Source: Eledone cirrhosa
Taxonomy: Eukaryota
Reading direction: 5' to 3'
NCBI GenBank assembly: GCA_964016885.1
Contig: OZ024748.1
Location: 50,344,001-50,408,000, forward strand
Length of the DNA stretch: 64,000 nucleotides
Below, piece by piece: positions 31,776-44,168 of this stretch. The notes below the pieces were generated by a model. The model did no database searches. It had not been told where the DNA came from and was given only the letters and a program-made list of their open reading frames with translations. The translations under genes and the position numbers were made by a program. The stretch's first letter is position 1. Each line of letters begins with the position of its first letter.

Positions 31776-32123
31776 ATGACAACAGCACAATTCCCCCTCC
31801 CCCTCCTCCTCCTCGCTGCAATTTCTCTTTCTCTCACCCTCCCTTTCTTAAGTCATCTACAATTTCTCTCTCCTCCTACTCTCTTCTTTTCCACTTTTAC
31901 TTTCACTTCGCTAAACCCACATTTTTTCCATATTTATCTCCCCTTACTCAATTAATTTTTATTCGGTGATATTTTCGTCTTTTCTTTCTGTCTATCTCTC
32001 TCATACATTTTATGTTTCTTTCTCTCACTTTATATAACATATCTCTCTCTCTATATCTCTCAATCCTTTTCTCTGTCTATCTTTATATATATCCCTACAT
32101 CTCTTTCGGTCTATCTCTCTCCC

Positions 32124-32179
<56 letters not shown>

Positions 32180-32210
32180 ATATATATATATGCCTTTCTA
32201 TCTAACTCTG

Positions 32211-32254
<44 letters not shown>

Positions 32255-33545
32255 CCTCTCTCTCTCTCTCTCTTAGTTTCATTTACTCTATCACCCTCTT
32301 CTTTCTTTCCTCTATTTCCTTTCTTTTCATCGCTCTCTAATTAACTCATACTTCCCTTCTCTTTCTCTCACTATTCTATCACTTCCTCCTCCTCCACCCC
32401 ATTCTTCTTCTTCTTCTTCTTCTTCTTCTTCTTCTTCTTCTTCTTCTTCTTCTTCTTCTTCTTCTTCTTCTTCTTCTTCCTCATCTTCTTCTTCTTCTTC
32501 TTCTTCTTCTCACCCTTTTACTCTCTCTTTTTACAACCTCTCTATCGCTTTTCGTTATCTTTTTATCTATCCCCTCTCCCACGGACTCTCTCACCCCCTC
32601 TCCCATGGACTCTCTCTCCCTCTCACCCCCTCTCCTGTGGACTCTCTCTCCCTTCCGCTCCACTACCATAAACCCTCCCTCTCCACTCTCTCTCCAATCT
32701 TCCCCTCCCATTCAACCTCTTCCTTCCCCTCACACATCCTCCATCTCTATTTATCACTTCTCTCTCCAAAATTCCTTACTCTCTCTTTCTCCATACTCCT
32801 TCTCCCCTATCCCCCCATCCTCTCCCTCTCTCTCTCACCGTTTCCCATTATAACCAACTACCACTCCTTCATTCTCTTACACTTTCTCTACATATTTTAT
32901 TTCCCTTACACTCCTCCTCCCCTACCTCAAACAATTTTCTTCCCCTCTCGTTGTAACTCATACATATGTCCTCTCATCTTCTATCACTCTTATCCTTAGT
33001 CTTTCTCTTTCTATTGCTTTACTTTCGTTCTTTCTCTTCTCCTTTGCCATTCACCCCTCTCTCACTATCTCTGTCGCTATCTCTCTCGTTATCTCTCACG
33101 TTATCTCTCTCGATATCTCTCTCTCACTATCTCTCTCACTATCTCTCTTGCTATCTCTCCTTCGCACGTGCTCATAATTTCTATATCTCACTCTCACCAT
33201 CTCTCTGTCTCTCTCTCTCTCTCTCTCTCACGCTTGCTCTTTTTTTCTCCCTATCTCTCTTTATCTCACTATCTCTCTCCTGCTCCTATATATATCTCTC
33301 TCTCACCATCTCTCACTCACTCACTCTCTCTAACTCTCTCTATTTCTCTCTCTAAGTCTCTCTCTAAGTCTCTCTAAGTCTCTCTCCCTTTCTCTCTCTC
33401 TCTCTCTCCCTCTCTCACTCGGTATCTGTTACTATACCCACACTCCCCCATCGTACTACATCTGTCTTTCTAACTACTTTTTTCATTCTCTCAAACTTTC
33501 TTCCTCTATACACCCTCACTCTTTATCTCTCCCCCTCTCACGGGA

Positions 33546-33624
<79 letters not shown>

Positions 33625-33657
33625 TTATCTATCTATCTATATCTATATCTCTATCTA

Positions 33658-33766
<109 letters not shown>

Positions 33767-33914
33767 GTAATAATATTTAATCTGTTATTTTAATAAATAA
33801 ATATATAAATATATATAAATATATATATATAACGAAGGAAATGTGGTAAGGAACCAGGTGGACCATAACGCACCAAAGTACTCAATACTTAGGGTAGTAG
33901 AGTGGGTACTCGTT

Positions 33915-33978
<64 letters not shown>

Positions 33979-34048
33979 TATATTTTCTTTATACATTCAC
34001 TCGTGTAGGACACATCGGTTATTTTTCATTTGTAAAAACACCTCACTC

Positions 34049-34130
<82 letters not shown>

Positions 34131-34208
34131 ATGTGTATGTGTGTATATATGTATATACTCTTTTACTCTTTTACTAGTTCCAGCCATCCGGCTGAGGCCA
34201 TGCTGGGG

Positions 34209-34248
<40 letters not shown>

Positions 34249-34352
34249 GTAGGTCCCGGGTTGAGTCGGGGATAACCACAGTAAGTAAGGTACTCAATAC
34301 ATGGCAGAGTAAGATTTCATCTGAATGAAACAGTACTAGTCCTGTAGAAGCT

Positions 34353-34410
<58 letters not shown>

Positions 34411-34780
34411 CTGTCTATCTATCTATCAACCTATCCCATTTTATTCCGTCATTCATAATATTCACATACATCGTAACAGCTGAATACACAGTAACAATAT
34501 ACGTTGAATTGTTACAGACACACAAAGTATCGGGGTTATATTCCTGTGTATGTGTGTCTGGCTTCAATATACGAATCGAGTTGATTAATGTGTGTGTGCT
34601 TCAGGAGGCTTGTGTCTACATATATATCTGTATATGTGTGTGTGAGTATTATACATATGTATATATGTGTGTATATATGTGTGTGAGTATTATACATATG
34701 TATATATGTGTGTATGTATGTATGTATGTATGTATGTATGTATGTATGTATGTATGTATGTATGTATGTATGTATGTATG

Positions 34781-34854
<74 letters not shown>

Positions 34855-34982
34855 AATAGCCGTCGAAACGACGTGAGCTCTGCCGTCGTGGTTAAACTTT
34901 TTCCTATTACCCACTCTACTACACTAAGTATTGAGTACTCTGGTGCGTTATGGTCCATCTGATTCCTCACCACAACTCCTTC

Positions 34983-35046
<64 letters not shown>

Positions 35047-35246
35047 TACTTACATTTATATATATATATATATATATATAAATAGAAAGGTTGATATAGA
35101 TATAGGAAAATACCCGGTACGTTGACTGTGTAACTCACTCACTGTCTTTTAAGCGTGAACCTAATACCATGTTGTGTTCATATATAATCTTGTTTGTTCG
35201 TTTCTTGTTTCCTATAGCGTTTCTTTGCTTAAACTTTAATCTGTTA

Positions 35247-35325
<79 letters not shown>

Positions 35326-36032
35326 ACCCTCTATTAGCCCAAGTATCGAGAATCGAGTTAAATAATTGTTTCTACTTTTGGCACAAGGCCAGCAATCACC
35401 CAGTACATTACTGGTACTTTATTTTATCGACCCCGTAAGGATGGAATCGATGGAAGGAGAATCGAGTTAAATAATGGTCTAAGAAGTTAGCTACTAGTTT
35501 ATTATATATTTATATATATATATATATATATGCATATATATATATATATATATGTTTATATATATATGCATATATCTATATATACATATGCATACATATA
35601 TATATATATAGTTAAACAAGATAACAGGGACGATTGGTTACTCCTCCATTTATTGGTTGGTGACACGTGTTTCGCCACTGACCATGTCAAAGTTCAATCT
35701 GATATCTTATTTAACTATAAAACACTCTGTAATAACTCTACACCTTGACACTGAAGTGAACCTAAACATTGAGTGGTCACTCAGGTGAATCTACAGTAAC
35801 TCCAAGTTACATCCTTGGATATATATATATTACATATATTAAAGTGTTAAACAATATTCAATGAGTATGTCAAAGAATGAGTTTTACAGTAGATTGGAAG
35901 CACTCTACGCGAAAAATAATTTTCCGGTGTTATTAATATTAAAATACAAATATTAATAAAATAGATGTTCTTTTGACTACCTTGATTAAATCTTAACCAT
36001 TTAACATCTCAGGGTATGTCATGTATCATTAT

Positions 36033-36087
36033 ATTTTGTCTGATGAGGACGTACTGTTGTACATCCGAAATATGTATAATAAAATGT
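36033..36087 (+). ncRNA. Minimal type I hammerhead ribozyme (PLE-type)
   Basis: ATTTTGT-CTGATGA-GGACGTAC-TGTT-GTACATCC-GAAA-TATG-TA-TAATAAAAT shows the canonical core, a clear stem II and an AT-rich stem I. Confidence 0.72.
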
Positions 36088-36126
36088 AATTGATCAAAAG
36101 AACATCTATTTTATTAATATTTGTAC

Positions 36127-36181
<55 letters not shown>

Positions 36182-36336
36182 AACCAGTAAGACCCCGACG
36201 GCTGAGCTCAAGCCGTTTCGACGGCCTGAGCTCAGCCGTCGGAGTCTTACTGGTTCCTATTACCCACTCTACTACCCCAAGTATTGAGTACTTTGGTGCG
36301 TTATGGTCCACCTGGTTCCTTACAACATTTCCTTCG

Positions 36337-36387
<51 letters not shown>

Positions 36388-36503
36388 TAATAATAAATTT
36401 GAAGACTAAAATCCAAAGAGGGCTCGATAAGGATAAATATATATAAGAACCGTAGAGCAAATATTTATTAAAATAACAGATTAAACTTTAATCTGTTATT
36501 TTA

Positions 36504-36571
<68 letters not shown>

Positions 36572-36634
36572 TTATGTTCAGGCACATAAAGACACACACA
36601 TTAATCTACTAATTTGCACGATCTAAATGTTATG

Positions 36635-36675
<41 letters not shown>

Positions 36676-36944
36676 TTGTGTGTGCGCGTGTGTGCGTGCG
36701 CGTGTGTGTATGCTGTATGCTTGTGTAAATGTGTAAAAATATCTATTATATTTGTATATATATGTATATTTCTTTACACCCCCTCTTTCAATCCCTTCTA
36801 TTGCCTTGCCTCACACTTCTCCTCTCACAGGAACTAAATGCATGTAGGCTGCATGTGCTCAGCCAGGTTTAAAATAGAGAAGACACGCCGCGACATGCCA
36901 ATGCACCGAGAACTCCCGTTGGAGTTGAGGACTCAATGAGGATC

Positions 36945-36982
<38 letters not shown>

Positions 36983-36988
36983 CGCATA

Positions 36989-37028
<40 letters not shown>

Positions 37029-37523
37029 TATATATATATATATATTTATAAACATACGCACACGCACGCACACACACACACACACACACACACGCACATA
37101 CACATATATATATATATCTCTCTCTATATATATATATATCCATAGGGGAGGGCATCCGTATTACTCTCCGTGTCTGGGACAGATTTGAAGATGTCTGTCT
37201 GTATAAATACCGGCGTATATATATACATATATATATTATATATATATACATATATATATATAACATATTTTTGTTGTATCTATTTACATTTTAGTTACAC
37301 ACAGGCACACACACGCGCGCGCCCTCCCTCTCCCCACTCCACCTGCCACCACCCCTACACGCCCCACACCCTTCCACCACTTGTTTTACTTCATGTTTAT
37401 TTTTAATTTTTATTATGCTTTTATATTTAATTTCATTTGTACCGTTTCCTCTCACCCCCTTTTTTCTATATGTCTCTCCACCACTCCCCTACACACCCTT
37501 GAAGCTCTCTTCCCACACACTTT

Positions 37524-37560
37524 TCGCCTGAAGAAGGGCTTATGTCCGAAACGTCGTTCC
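37524..37560 (+). ncRNA. Minimal hammerhead ribozyme motif
   Basis: CTGAAGA-AGGGCTTATGTCC-GAAAC-GTC, the layout of PLE-associated minimal hammerheads. AATAAA and a TA tract lie downstream. Stem I is weak. Confidence 0.62.
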
Positions 37561-37863
37561 CCACCACCACCCCACTCTCAAGAGCGTGAAACTAATAAAC
37601 CTTTGTTCGTACTGCCTCTCTGTTTTGTTCCCGTTCAATTTTTCACAATATATATATATATAGTAAGATAGCATGTGGACCGTAACTCACCAGAGTACTC
37701 AATACTTAGGGTAGTAGAGTGGAAAATAGGAAAAGGGTCAGTACCCAGACGCCTGAGCTCCGGTCGTTTCAACAGCTAGATCCGATTCATTTCCTACACA
37801 CACATATATATATATATATATACGTTTCGCTTCTTCTAACTGCCGAAATGCGATTCTCGTTGA

Positions 37864-37904
<41 letters not shown>

Positions 37905-38295
37905 TATATTATCGGATATAAACAATAGAGGTGGTTTTCTTGTAAATGATAAAGATAATTAGAATTGTAGTCTTCATACCTTTCATAGTCTGTAGTTAAG
38001 TAATATTTTTGCAATTATCACTTTTATTAATACGTACGGTCCACACACACACACATACACATACACACGCGCGCGCGCGCACACACACACACATATATAT
38101 ATATTGATGTACGTATAGTACATTTGGCAATATACTGCATGTTTAATTTAAAACATTTAGAAGACCATTCGCTATGAGTTTTAAAGTAGTGACTATGTCA
38201 TTTAAATATTCTCGAAAACTATATTTTATACATATATAAATGTATAAAATTATATATATATATATGTATAAACACACACATATATATATATATAT

Positions 38296-38387
<92 letters not shown>

Positions 38388-38389
<2 letters not shown>

Positions 38390-38549
38390 CGAAGGAAATG
38401 TGGTAAGGAACCAGGTAGACCATAACGCACCAAAGTACTCAATACTTAGGGTAGTAGAGTGGGTAATAGGAACGAGTAGGACCCCGACGGCTGAGCTCAA
38501 GCCGTTTCGACGGCTAATTCTGGACTAATCCGTCGGCGTCCTACTAGTT

Positions 38550-38552
<3 letters not shown>
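38388..38552 (-). mobile_element. Short fold-back (TA)n-inserted element family (PLE-terminus-like), reference copy
   Basis: Other copies lie at 13172-13325, 33831-33918, 34856-34986, 36180-36339, 37672-37795 and 39343-39542. All share CATAACGCACCA.AGTACTCAATACTTAG.GTAGTAGAGTGG or a close variant, and all are adjacent to (TA)n. Confidence 0.8.
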
Positions 38553-38622
<70 letters not shown>

Positions 38623-38839
38623 GTGAGGGATTTTTTACAAAATGAAAAATAACCGAGGTGTCCTACACGAGTGAAAGTATAAAGAAAAAAGATGAAATCG
38701 AAAATGCAACTGGAGTCTTATTTTTTTTAAAAAATCTATATATTTATTTGGTTCCTTTACCGGTTTCGCCGTTCTTCTGCTTTTCAAAAGTAGAGTTGAG
38801 ATGGAGGGTCTGTGGTTTTTCTCACATATATATATATAC

Positions 38840-39254
38840 AATATATTAATAAATGGAAACTATATTTATAAAACCATAATTATTTTATTATATATATTTC
38901 AAGGGCAACCAAGGCAATCTTGGTGCGCTTTCATCAGATAAAATACAAAATTTGTTTCATAAATAGTGACATAACCATGGAAAACAACCTTGACGCTGGA
39001 TTTTCAAACGTCAAGGTTGTTTTCCATGGTTATGTCACTATTTATGAAACAAATTTTGTATTTTATCTGATGAAAGCGCACCAAGATTGCCTTGGTTGCC
39101 CTTGAAATATATATAATAAAATAATTATGTTTTTATAAATATAGTTTCCAGTTATTAATATATTGAATATTTACTCCAGTAAACTGTCGAGTGCTCTATA
39201 TCAGTTATAAAATTTTAAGTTTGTTGGAATCCCAACAAATTAAATATAAACTTC

Positions 39255-39258
<4 letters not shown>
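38840..39258. repeat. ~325 bp palindrome plus ~90 nt tail, ending in (TA)n
   Basis: Arms ~38840-38995 and ~39010-39165 flank a ~13 nt spacer. Confidence 0.9.
39060..39122 (+). ncRNA. Hammerhead ribozyme in the right arm of a long palindrome (mirror copy on - strand at ~38880-38945)
   Basis: TTTTAT-CTGATGA-AAG.GCA.CCAAG/CTTGG.TGC.CTT-GAAA-TATA-TA-TAATAAAA. Confidence 0.72.
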
Positions 39259-39345
<87 letters not shown>

Positions 39346-39539
39346 CGAAGGAAATGTGGTAAGGAACCAGGTGGATCATAACGCACCAAAGTACTCAATA
39401 CTTACGGTAGTAGAGTGGGAAATAGGAACGAGTAGGACCCCGACGGCTGAGCTCAAGCCGTTTCATCGGCTAATTCTGGACGTTTTCCAGAATTAGCCGT
39501 CGAAACGGCTTGAGCTCAGCCGTCGGGGTCCTACTCGTT

Positions 39540-39595
<56 letters not shown>

Positions 39596-39642
39596 TATGT
39601 TTCAGGGTTTTTATCCATCATCTGTGTATGTAGTATGTATGG

Positions 39643-39688
<46 letters not shown>

Positions 39689-39904
39689 AATTAATACCAT
39701 GTGTATTGGTGCCTATACGGTGATATACATCCATGCGTGTATGTATTTTTATGGTTCTATATGAGTGTGTGTGTGTCTGTGTGTGTGTGTGTCTGTGTGT
39801 CTGTGTCTAAGGTGAGCACAGTAGGCTAGTTACTACAATGGCTCCTGCATATATGCACGGGGGAGTATGTGTTTTTATCTATAACGACATGTACCTGTGC
39901 AGTT

Positions 39905-40222
39905 GTATTTGTTTGTGTGTATGTATGAATGTATGTATATGTGTATATATATATATATGTATGTATGAATGTATGTATATGTGTATATATATATATATGT
40001 ATGTATGAATGTATGTATATGTGTATATATATATATATATGTATGTATGTATGAATGTATGTATGTGTGTGTATATACATATATATATATGTATGTATGA
40101 ATGTATGTATGTGTGTGTATATATATATATATATATGTATGTATGAATGAATGTATATATATATATATATATATGTATGAATGTATGTATATGTATATAT
40201 ATATATATGTATGTATGTATGA

Positions 40223-40269
<47 letters not shown>

Positions 40270-40305
40270 TACATACATACATATATATATATATATACAT
40301 ACATT

Positions 40306-40394
<89 letters not shown>

Positions 40395-40926
40395 GAATGT
40401 ATGTATATATATATATATGTATGTATGTATGAATGTATGTATATGTGTATCTATGTATATATATATATATGTATGTATGTGTGAATGTATATGTATAAAT
40501 AGATGTATGTATGAATGCATGTATATGTATATATATAGGTATGTATGTATGTATGTATGTATGTATGTATGTATGTATGTATGTATGTATGTATGTATGT
40601 ATGAATGTATGTATGTGTGTATGTATATATCTATATATATATATATGTATGTATGAAAGTATGTATATGTATATATATATATATGTATATATGAATGTAT
40701 GTATATGTGTATGTATATATATATATGTATGTATGAATGTATGTATATGTGTATGTATATATATATGTGTATGTATGTATGAAGGTATTGTATGTATGAA
40801 CGTATATGGGTATGTATATATATAAATATATGTATGTATGTATGAATGTATGTATATGTGTATGTATATATATATATATGTATGTATATGTGTATGTATA
40901 TATATATATATGTGTATGTATATGTG

Positions 40927-40971
<45 letters not shown>

Positions 40972-41000
40972 GAATGTATATACATGTGTATGTGTGTATG
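39905..41000. repeat. Long compound (TATG)n/(TA)n microsatellite at the 3' end of the R4 element
   Basis: Recurrent GTATGTATGAATGTATGTAT units, with a short inverted CATA stretch at ~40265-40318. Confidence 0.9.
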
Positions 41001-43424
41001 TTTTCTCTTTCTCTTAATTTTGAGTATATTTTTTTGACCGGCCACCTTCCTGGTGGCAAGGTTGTAAAAGAAAAGAAATTGTCATCCCTTGAATCGCAAG
41101 AATGTTTTGCAAATTTTGAAGGTGCCAGCTATCGCAGCCATTTGTAGACTATGAATTAGGGAGCTGCGCTTTTTGTCCGCAAATCCAAGTTCAGTCATAC
41201 TTTGGTCCAAGCGGGTTGGTATATAACCCGTAGCACCAATAATGATGGGTATGAAGCTAAAGGTGTATCTTGGATACTGGATTTGTAAACTCCTCATCAA
41301 TGGTCCGTAGATGTCCTCCTTCTCCTGTATTTTTCTGACAACGTTTACATCAAGTGGGCAGCTGATCTCCACAACAGAACACGTTTTCAATGTGTGGTCC
41401 CAAACTACAATATCAGGCCGGTTGTGCTTTAATCTGGTGGCAGTTTTTATTTTCAGGTTCCACCAGTATTCCTTAGTGCCATCTGTCTCAATATATTCTT
41501 CCTCGTTTGTTGTTAATTTTGTTTTCCGAAGTGCGTTCCAGATGGTTCTAGCTATCCCATCGTGTCTCATGGGGAGGTAGTAGCGAGATGACATTCTTTC
41601 GCAGCTGGCAACAATGTGGCTTACATCCTCGATCTTTGTTTTACATAGCCTACATTTATTGTCAGCTGCTGGCCCTCCTCTTTTGTGCAGCAGATATTTG
41701 GTAGGGAGTTCTTGTTCCTGTATTGCATAGAGATATCCCTCAAGGTGTGATGTCATAAACTTGTCGGAACTCCATGCCAGGCTTTTTGAGTGGTTTATCC
41801 CCTCTATGGTCTGTGTTTTACGCCTCAAGTATCCATGCACAACTTTTTCTGTAAATTGGTCAATTTTTTTTTCTTGTTTGAACATTGAATAGGATCTTCC
41901 GATTTCTCTGGGTGAGAGATTTATATCGGGCTTTATTCCATATCTCTCCTCCAGATCAGTCGCTATTCTAATGATATTTCTTTTTTCATGGTCATAAACC
42001 TGGGCAAGATGGTTGCCAACCTTTTTCCTCTGTTGAAGGTGTTGCTTCAGTGTCACTATCCGGGTCTCATATGTTGTTAATATTGATTTTAGACCCCGGC
42101 CACCTTCCTTGCGTGAGAAGTATAGCCTATCCACATCACCATTGATGTTAAAGTTCCCAGTAACACTGAGAAGTTTTCGAGTTCTAACATCCATCTCACT
42201 TAGTTCTTGCAATGACCAGTTCAGTAGGCCAAATGTTGGCGTTAGAATTGGCACAGCATAAGTATTGTGGGCAATGTATTTGTTGTATGCTGACAGTTCT
42301 GATGACCATATTTTCTTTACTCTTCTGAGGTATTCAGTTCTGGTTTTTTCCTTATTTATGGGTCCATCATATCTGACATTCTCATCCTGTCCAAGATATC
42401 TGTAGTTGTCACCTGACTGCAGAGGTTGTATTGTCAGGCCGTTCATCTCTAGATTTCTAGAGGAGGGCACAGCTCTTCCACGTTTTACTGCCAAATATGC
42501 ACACTTGGACTCACCAAATTTCATTTTGATGTCGGTTGAAAATTGTGTAATGAGGTCCAATTGTTTCTTGATGTCATTGATATTTGGCCCATACAACTTC
42601 AGGTCATCAACAAAGAAAAGATGGGAGATACTTCTGGTCCCACTTCTTTGTCGACCTTGTTTCCTGAGTAAGTAAGATAGTGGATTCAGTGAGAGAACGA
42701 AGAGTAGCACCGACAAGCTATCACCCTGAAAGATGCCCTTCTGGTAATGTATCTTATCAGTCCTAACCTGCTCCCTCTCACCTCTAAGGATCAAACTGGT
42801 GTACCAGTTCTTGGTCAGGCGTTCAACAGCAGCTACCAATGGTTGTGGGACTTTAGCTAACTGTAAAGCCTTAACAATCCACCCATGAGGTACACTATCA
42901 AATGCTTTTTGATAGTCCAGCCACACGACAGTCATGTTTCTGCGATTCTTTGTTGTTTTTTCCTGAATCATTTTGTTAGTTAGTAGGTGATCTATGCAAC
43001 CCCACACCTCCCTCTTTCCACCAGCTTGCTCAGGTGTTATGATGTTGTTGGTAGCACAGTGATCCTGTAAGAACAGGTTAAGGCACCCAGTATATAATTT
43101 ATACATGATGTTTTGGCAGGCAATTGGGCGGTAATTTTTAGCAAGGGTGGTTTGGCTATTTTTGGGAATGAGGAGAGTAGAGGCAGTTGATAACCATCTG
43201 GGCAGTTCTTGTGTGCCCTTAATGGTTTCTGTAAACAGCCGTATGAGATCTTGCCGATAGAAAGTGAAATTCTTCAACCAGTATCCTGTAATGAGGTCTG
43301 GGCCTGGTGATTTCCTATTCGACATTTTCTGTAGAGCTGTTTCCAGTATTGACCCATCTATGTCATATTGTTTTGTCTGGACATGTTGGCAGTAGTCCTG
43401 TTCCAGTTCTTTTAGCCAGTTCTT
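41000..43424 (-). mobile_element. 5'-truncated R4/Dong-like RLE non-LTR retrotransposon embedded in (CATA)n/(TATG)n
   Basis: RT-RLE ORF followed by an ~80 nt 3' UTR with the hairpin GCCACC-AGGAA-GGTGGC. Both ends abut CATA-type repeats. Confidence 0.88.
41082..43424 (-). CDS. Reverse transcriptase + CCHC + restriction-like (PD-D/ExK) endonuclease, N-terminally truncated, ~780 aa open
   Basis: RT motifs [35 protein letters not shown] and [11 protein letters not shown]. Then [23 protein letters not shown] and [15 protein letters not shown]. The first ~99 aa of the 879-aa track ORF come from microsatellite and neighbouring DNA. Confidence 0.92.
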   Translation of the reverse strand, partial: KNWLKELEQDYCQHVQTKQYDIDGSILETALQKMSNRKSPGPDLITGYWLKNFTFYRQDLIRLFTETIKGTQELPRWLSTASTLLIPKNSQTTLAKNYRPIACQNIMYKLYTGCLNLFLQDHCATNNIITPEQAGGKREVWGCIDHLLTNKMIQEKTTKNRRNMTVVWLDYQKAFDSVPHGWIVKALQLAKVPQPLVAAVERLTKNWYTSLILRGEREQVRTDKIHYQKGIFQGDSLSVLLFVLSLNPLSYLLRKQGRQRSGTRSISHLFFVDDLKLYGPNINDIKKQLDLITQFSTDIKMKFGESKCAYLAVKRGRAVPSSRNLEMNGLTIQPLQSGDNYRYLGQDENVRYDGPINKEKTRTEYLRRVKKIWSSELSAYNKYIAHNTYAVPILTPTFGLLNWSLQELSEMDVRTRKLLSVTGNFNINGDVDRLYFSRKEGGRGLKSILTTYETRIVTLKQHLQQRKKVGNHLAQVYDHEKRNIIRIATDLEERYGIKPDINLSPREIGRSYSMFKQEKKIDQFTEKVVHGYLRRKTQTIEGINHSKSLAWSSDKFMTSHLEGYLYAIQEQELPTKYLLHKRGGPAADNKCRLCKTKIEDVSHIVASCERMSSRYYLPMRHDGIARTIWNALRKTKLTTNEEEYIETDGTKEYWWNLKIKTATRLKHNRPDIVVWDHTLKTCSVVEISCPLDVNVVRKIQEKEDIYGPLMRSLQIQYPRYTFSFIPIIIGATGYIPTRLDQSMTELGFADKKRSSLIHSLQMAAIAGTFKICKTFLRFKG

Positions 43425-43564
43425 ATGTATGTATGAATGTATGTATGTATGTATGTATGTATGTATGTATGTATGTATGTATGTATGTATGTATGTATGT
43501 ATGTATGTATGTATGCATATATGTACGTAAGTATGTATATATGTAAGTATGTATATATGTATCT

Positions 43565-44168
43565 GTGTCAGGTCACCAGTTGGTGCTACTGGTAACATGT
43601 ATCCCAGTACAACCTGTCCCATGGTCGGGTCGCTGGCGACTAAACTGGCAACCCCACCAAGGTTTCTTGGTGAGGAGGGTGACTTTGGACATCCTGCAGG
43701 ACTAAAAACAAAACCTGTCAAAGAGCAAAGGATCTCTTAAGAGTCAATTACCATCCAAAATCACCGGGGGAGATGACCTCTTAGCCTTTGTCAAGGCAGA
43801 ATTCTAGGAGAAGGAAAACTCTGATATAACACCTGCAACCCTGATGGTATCCAATGATGTTCACTTGTTCTTCTTTTTGGTAAATATCATCTTGGTTAAG
43901 AGAGTGGGACTGGCGTTGTGCAGTGCCTTTGCTTACTATAAAAGCTTCACGGCACAGGCATTGCTTTATATCTGGAGATCTCTCTGCACTTGTCGTCACA
44001 TGGTACCATGGGCCCAGCAGTATGTGTAAATAATTGTCACAAGTGTAGTGTTTGTACCAGAGTTTTCAAATCGCTGGCTGGACTAAAAACCACACTCGTT
44101 CAGCGCATCGGTAGGGGTTCTCCTACATGGATATAAAATAGTGGCCGTACTCGAAAAGGGAGGGCCAT
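43565..44168 (+). mobile_element. Internally deleted RTE-like unit A (5' UTR-like region + C-terminal C2H2 finger remnant)
   Basis: 5' region contains AGGAGAAGGAAAACTCTGA, recalled as typical of RTE 5' UTRs. 44041-44113 encodes KCSVCTRVFKSLAGLK/HTRSAHR* with a 1-nt frameshift. The first ~80 nt recur inverted at 52617-52690. Confidence 0.55.

Noticed and set aside
43425-43721. N-terminal ~99 aa of the 879-aa - strand ORF
   Set aside because: It reads through (CATA)n and the antisense of a neighbouring element, so it is a chance in-frame extension and not the R4 N-terminus.
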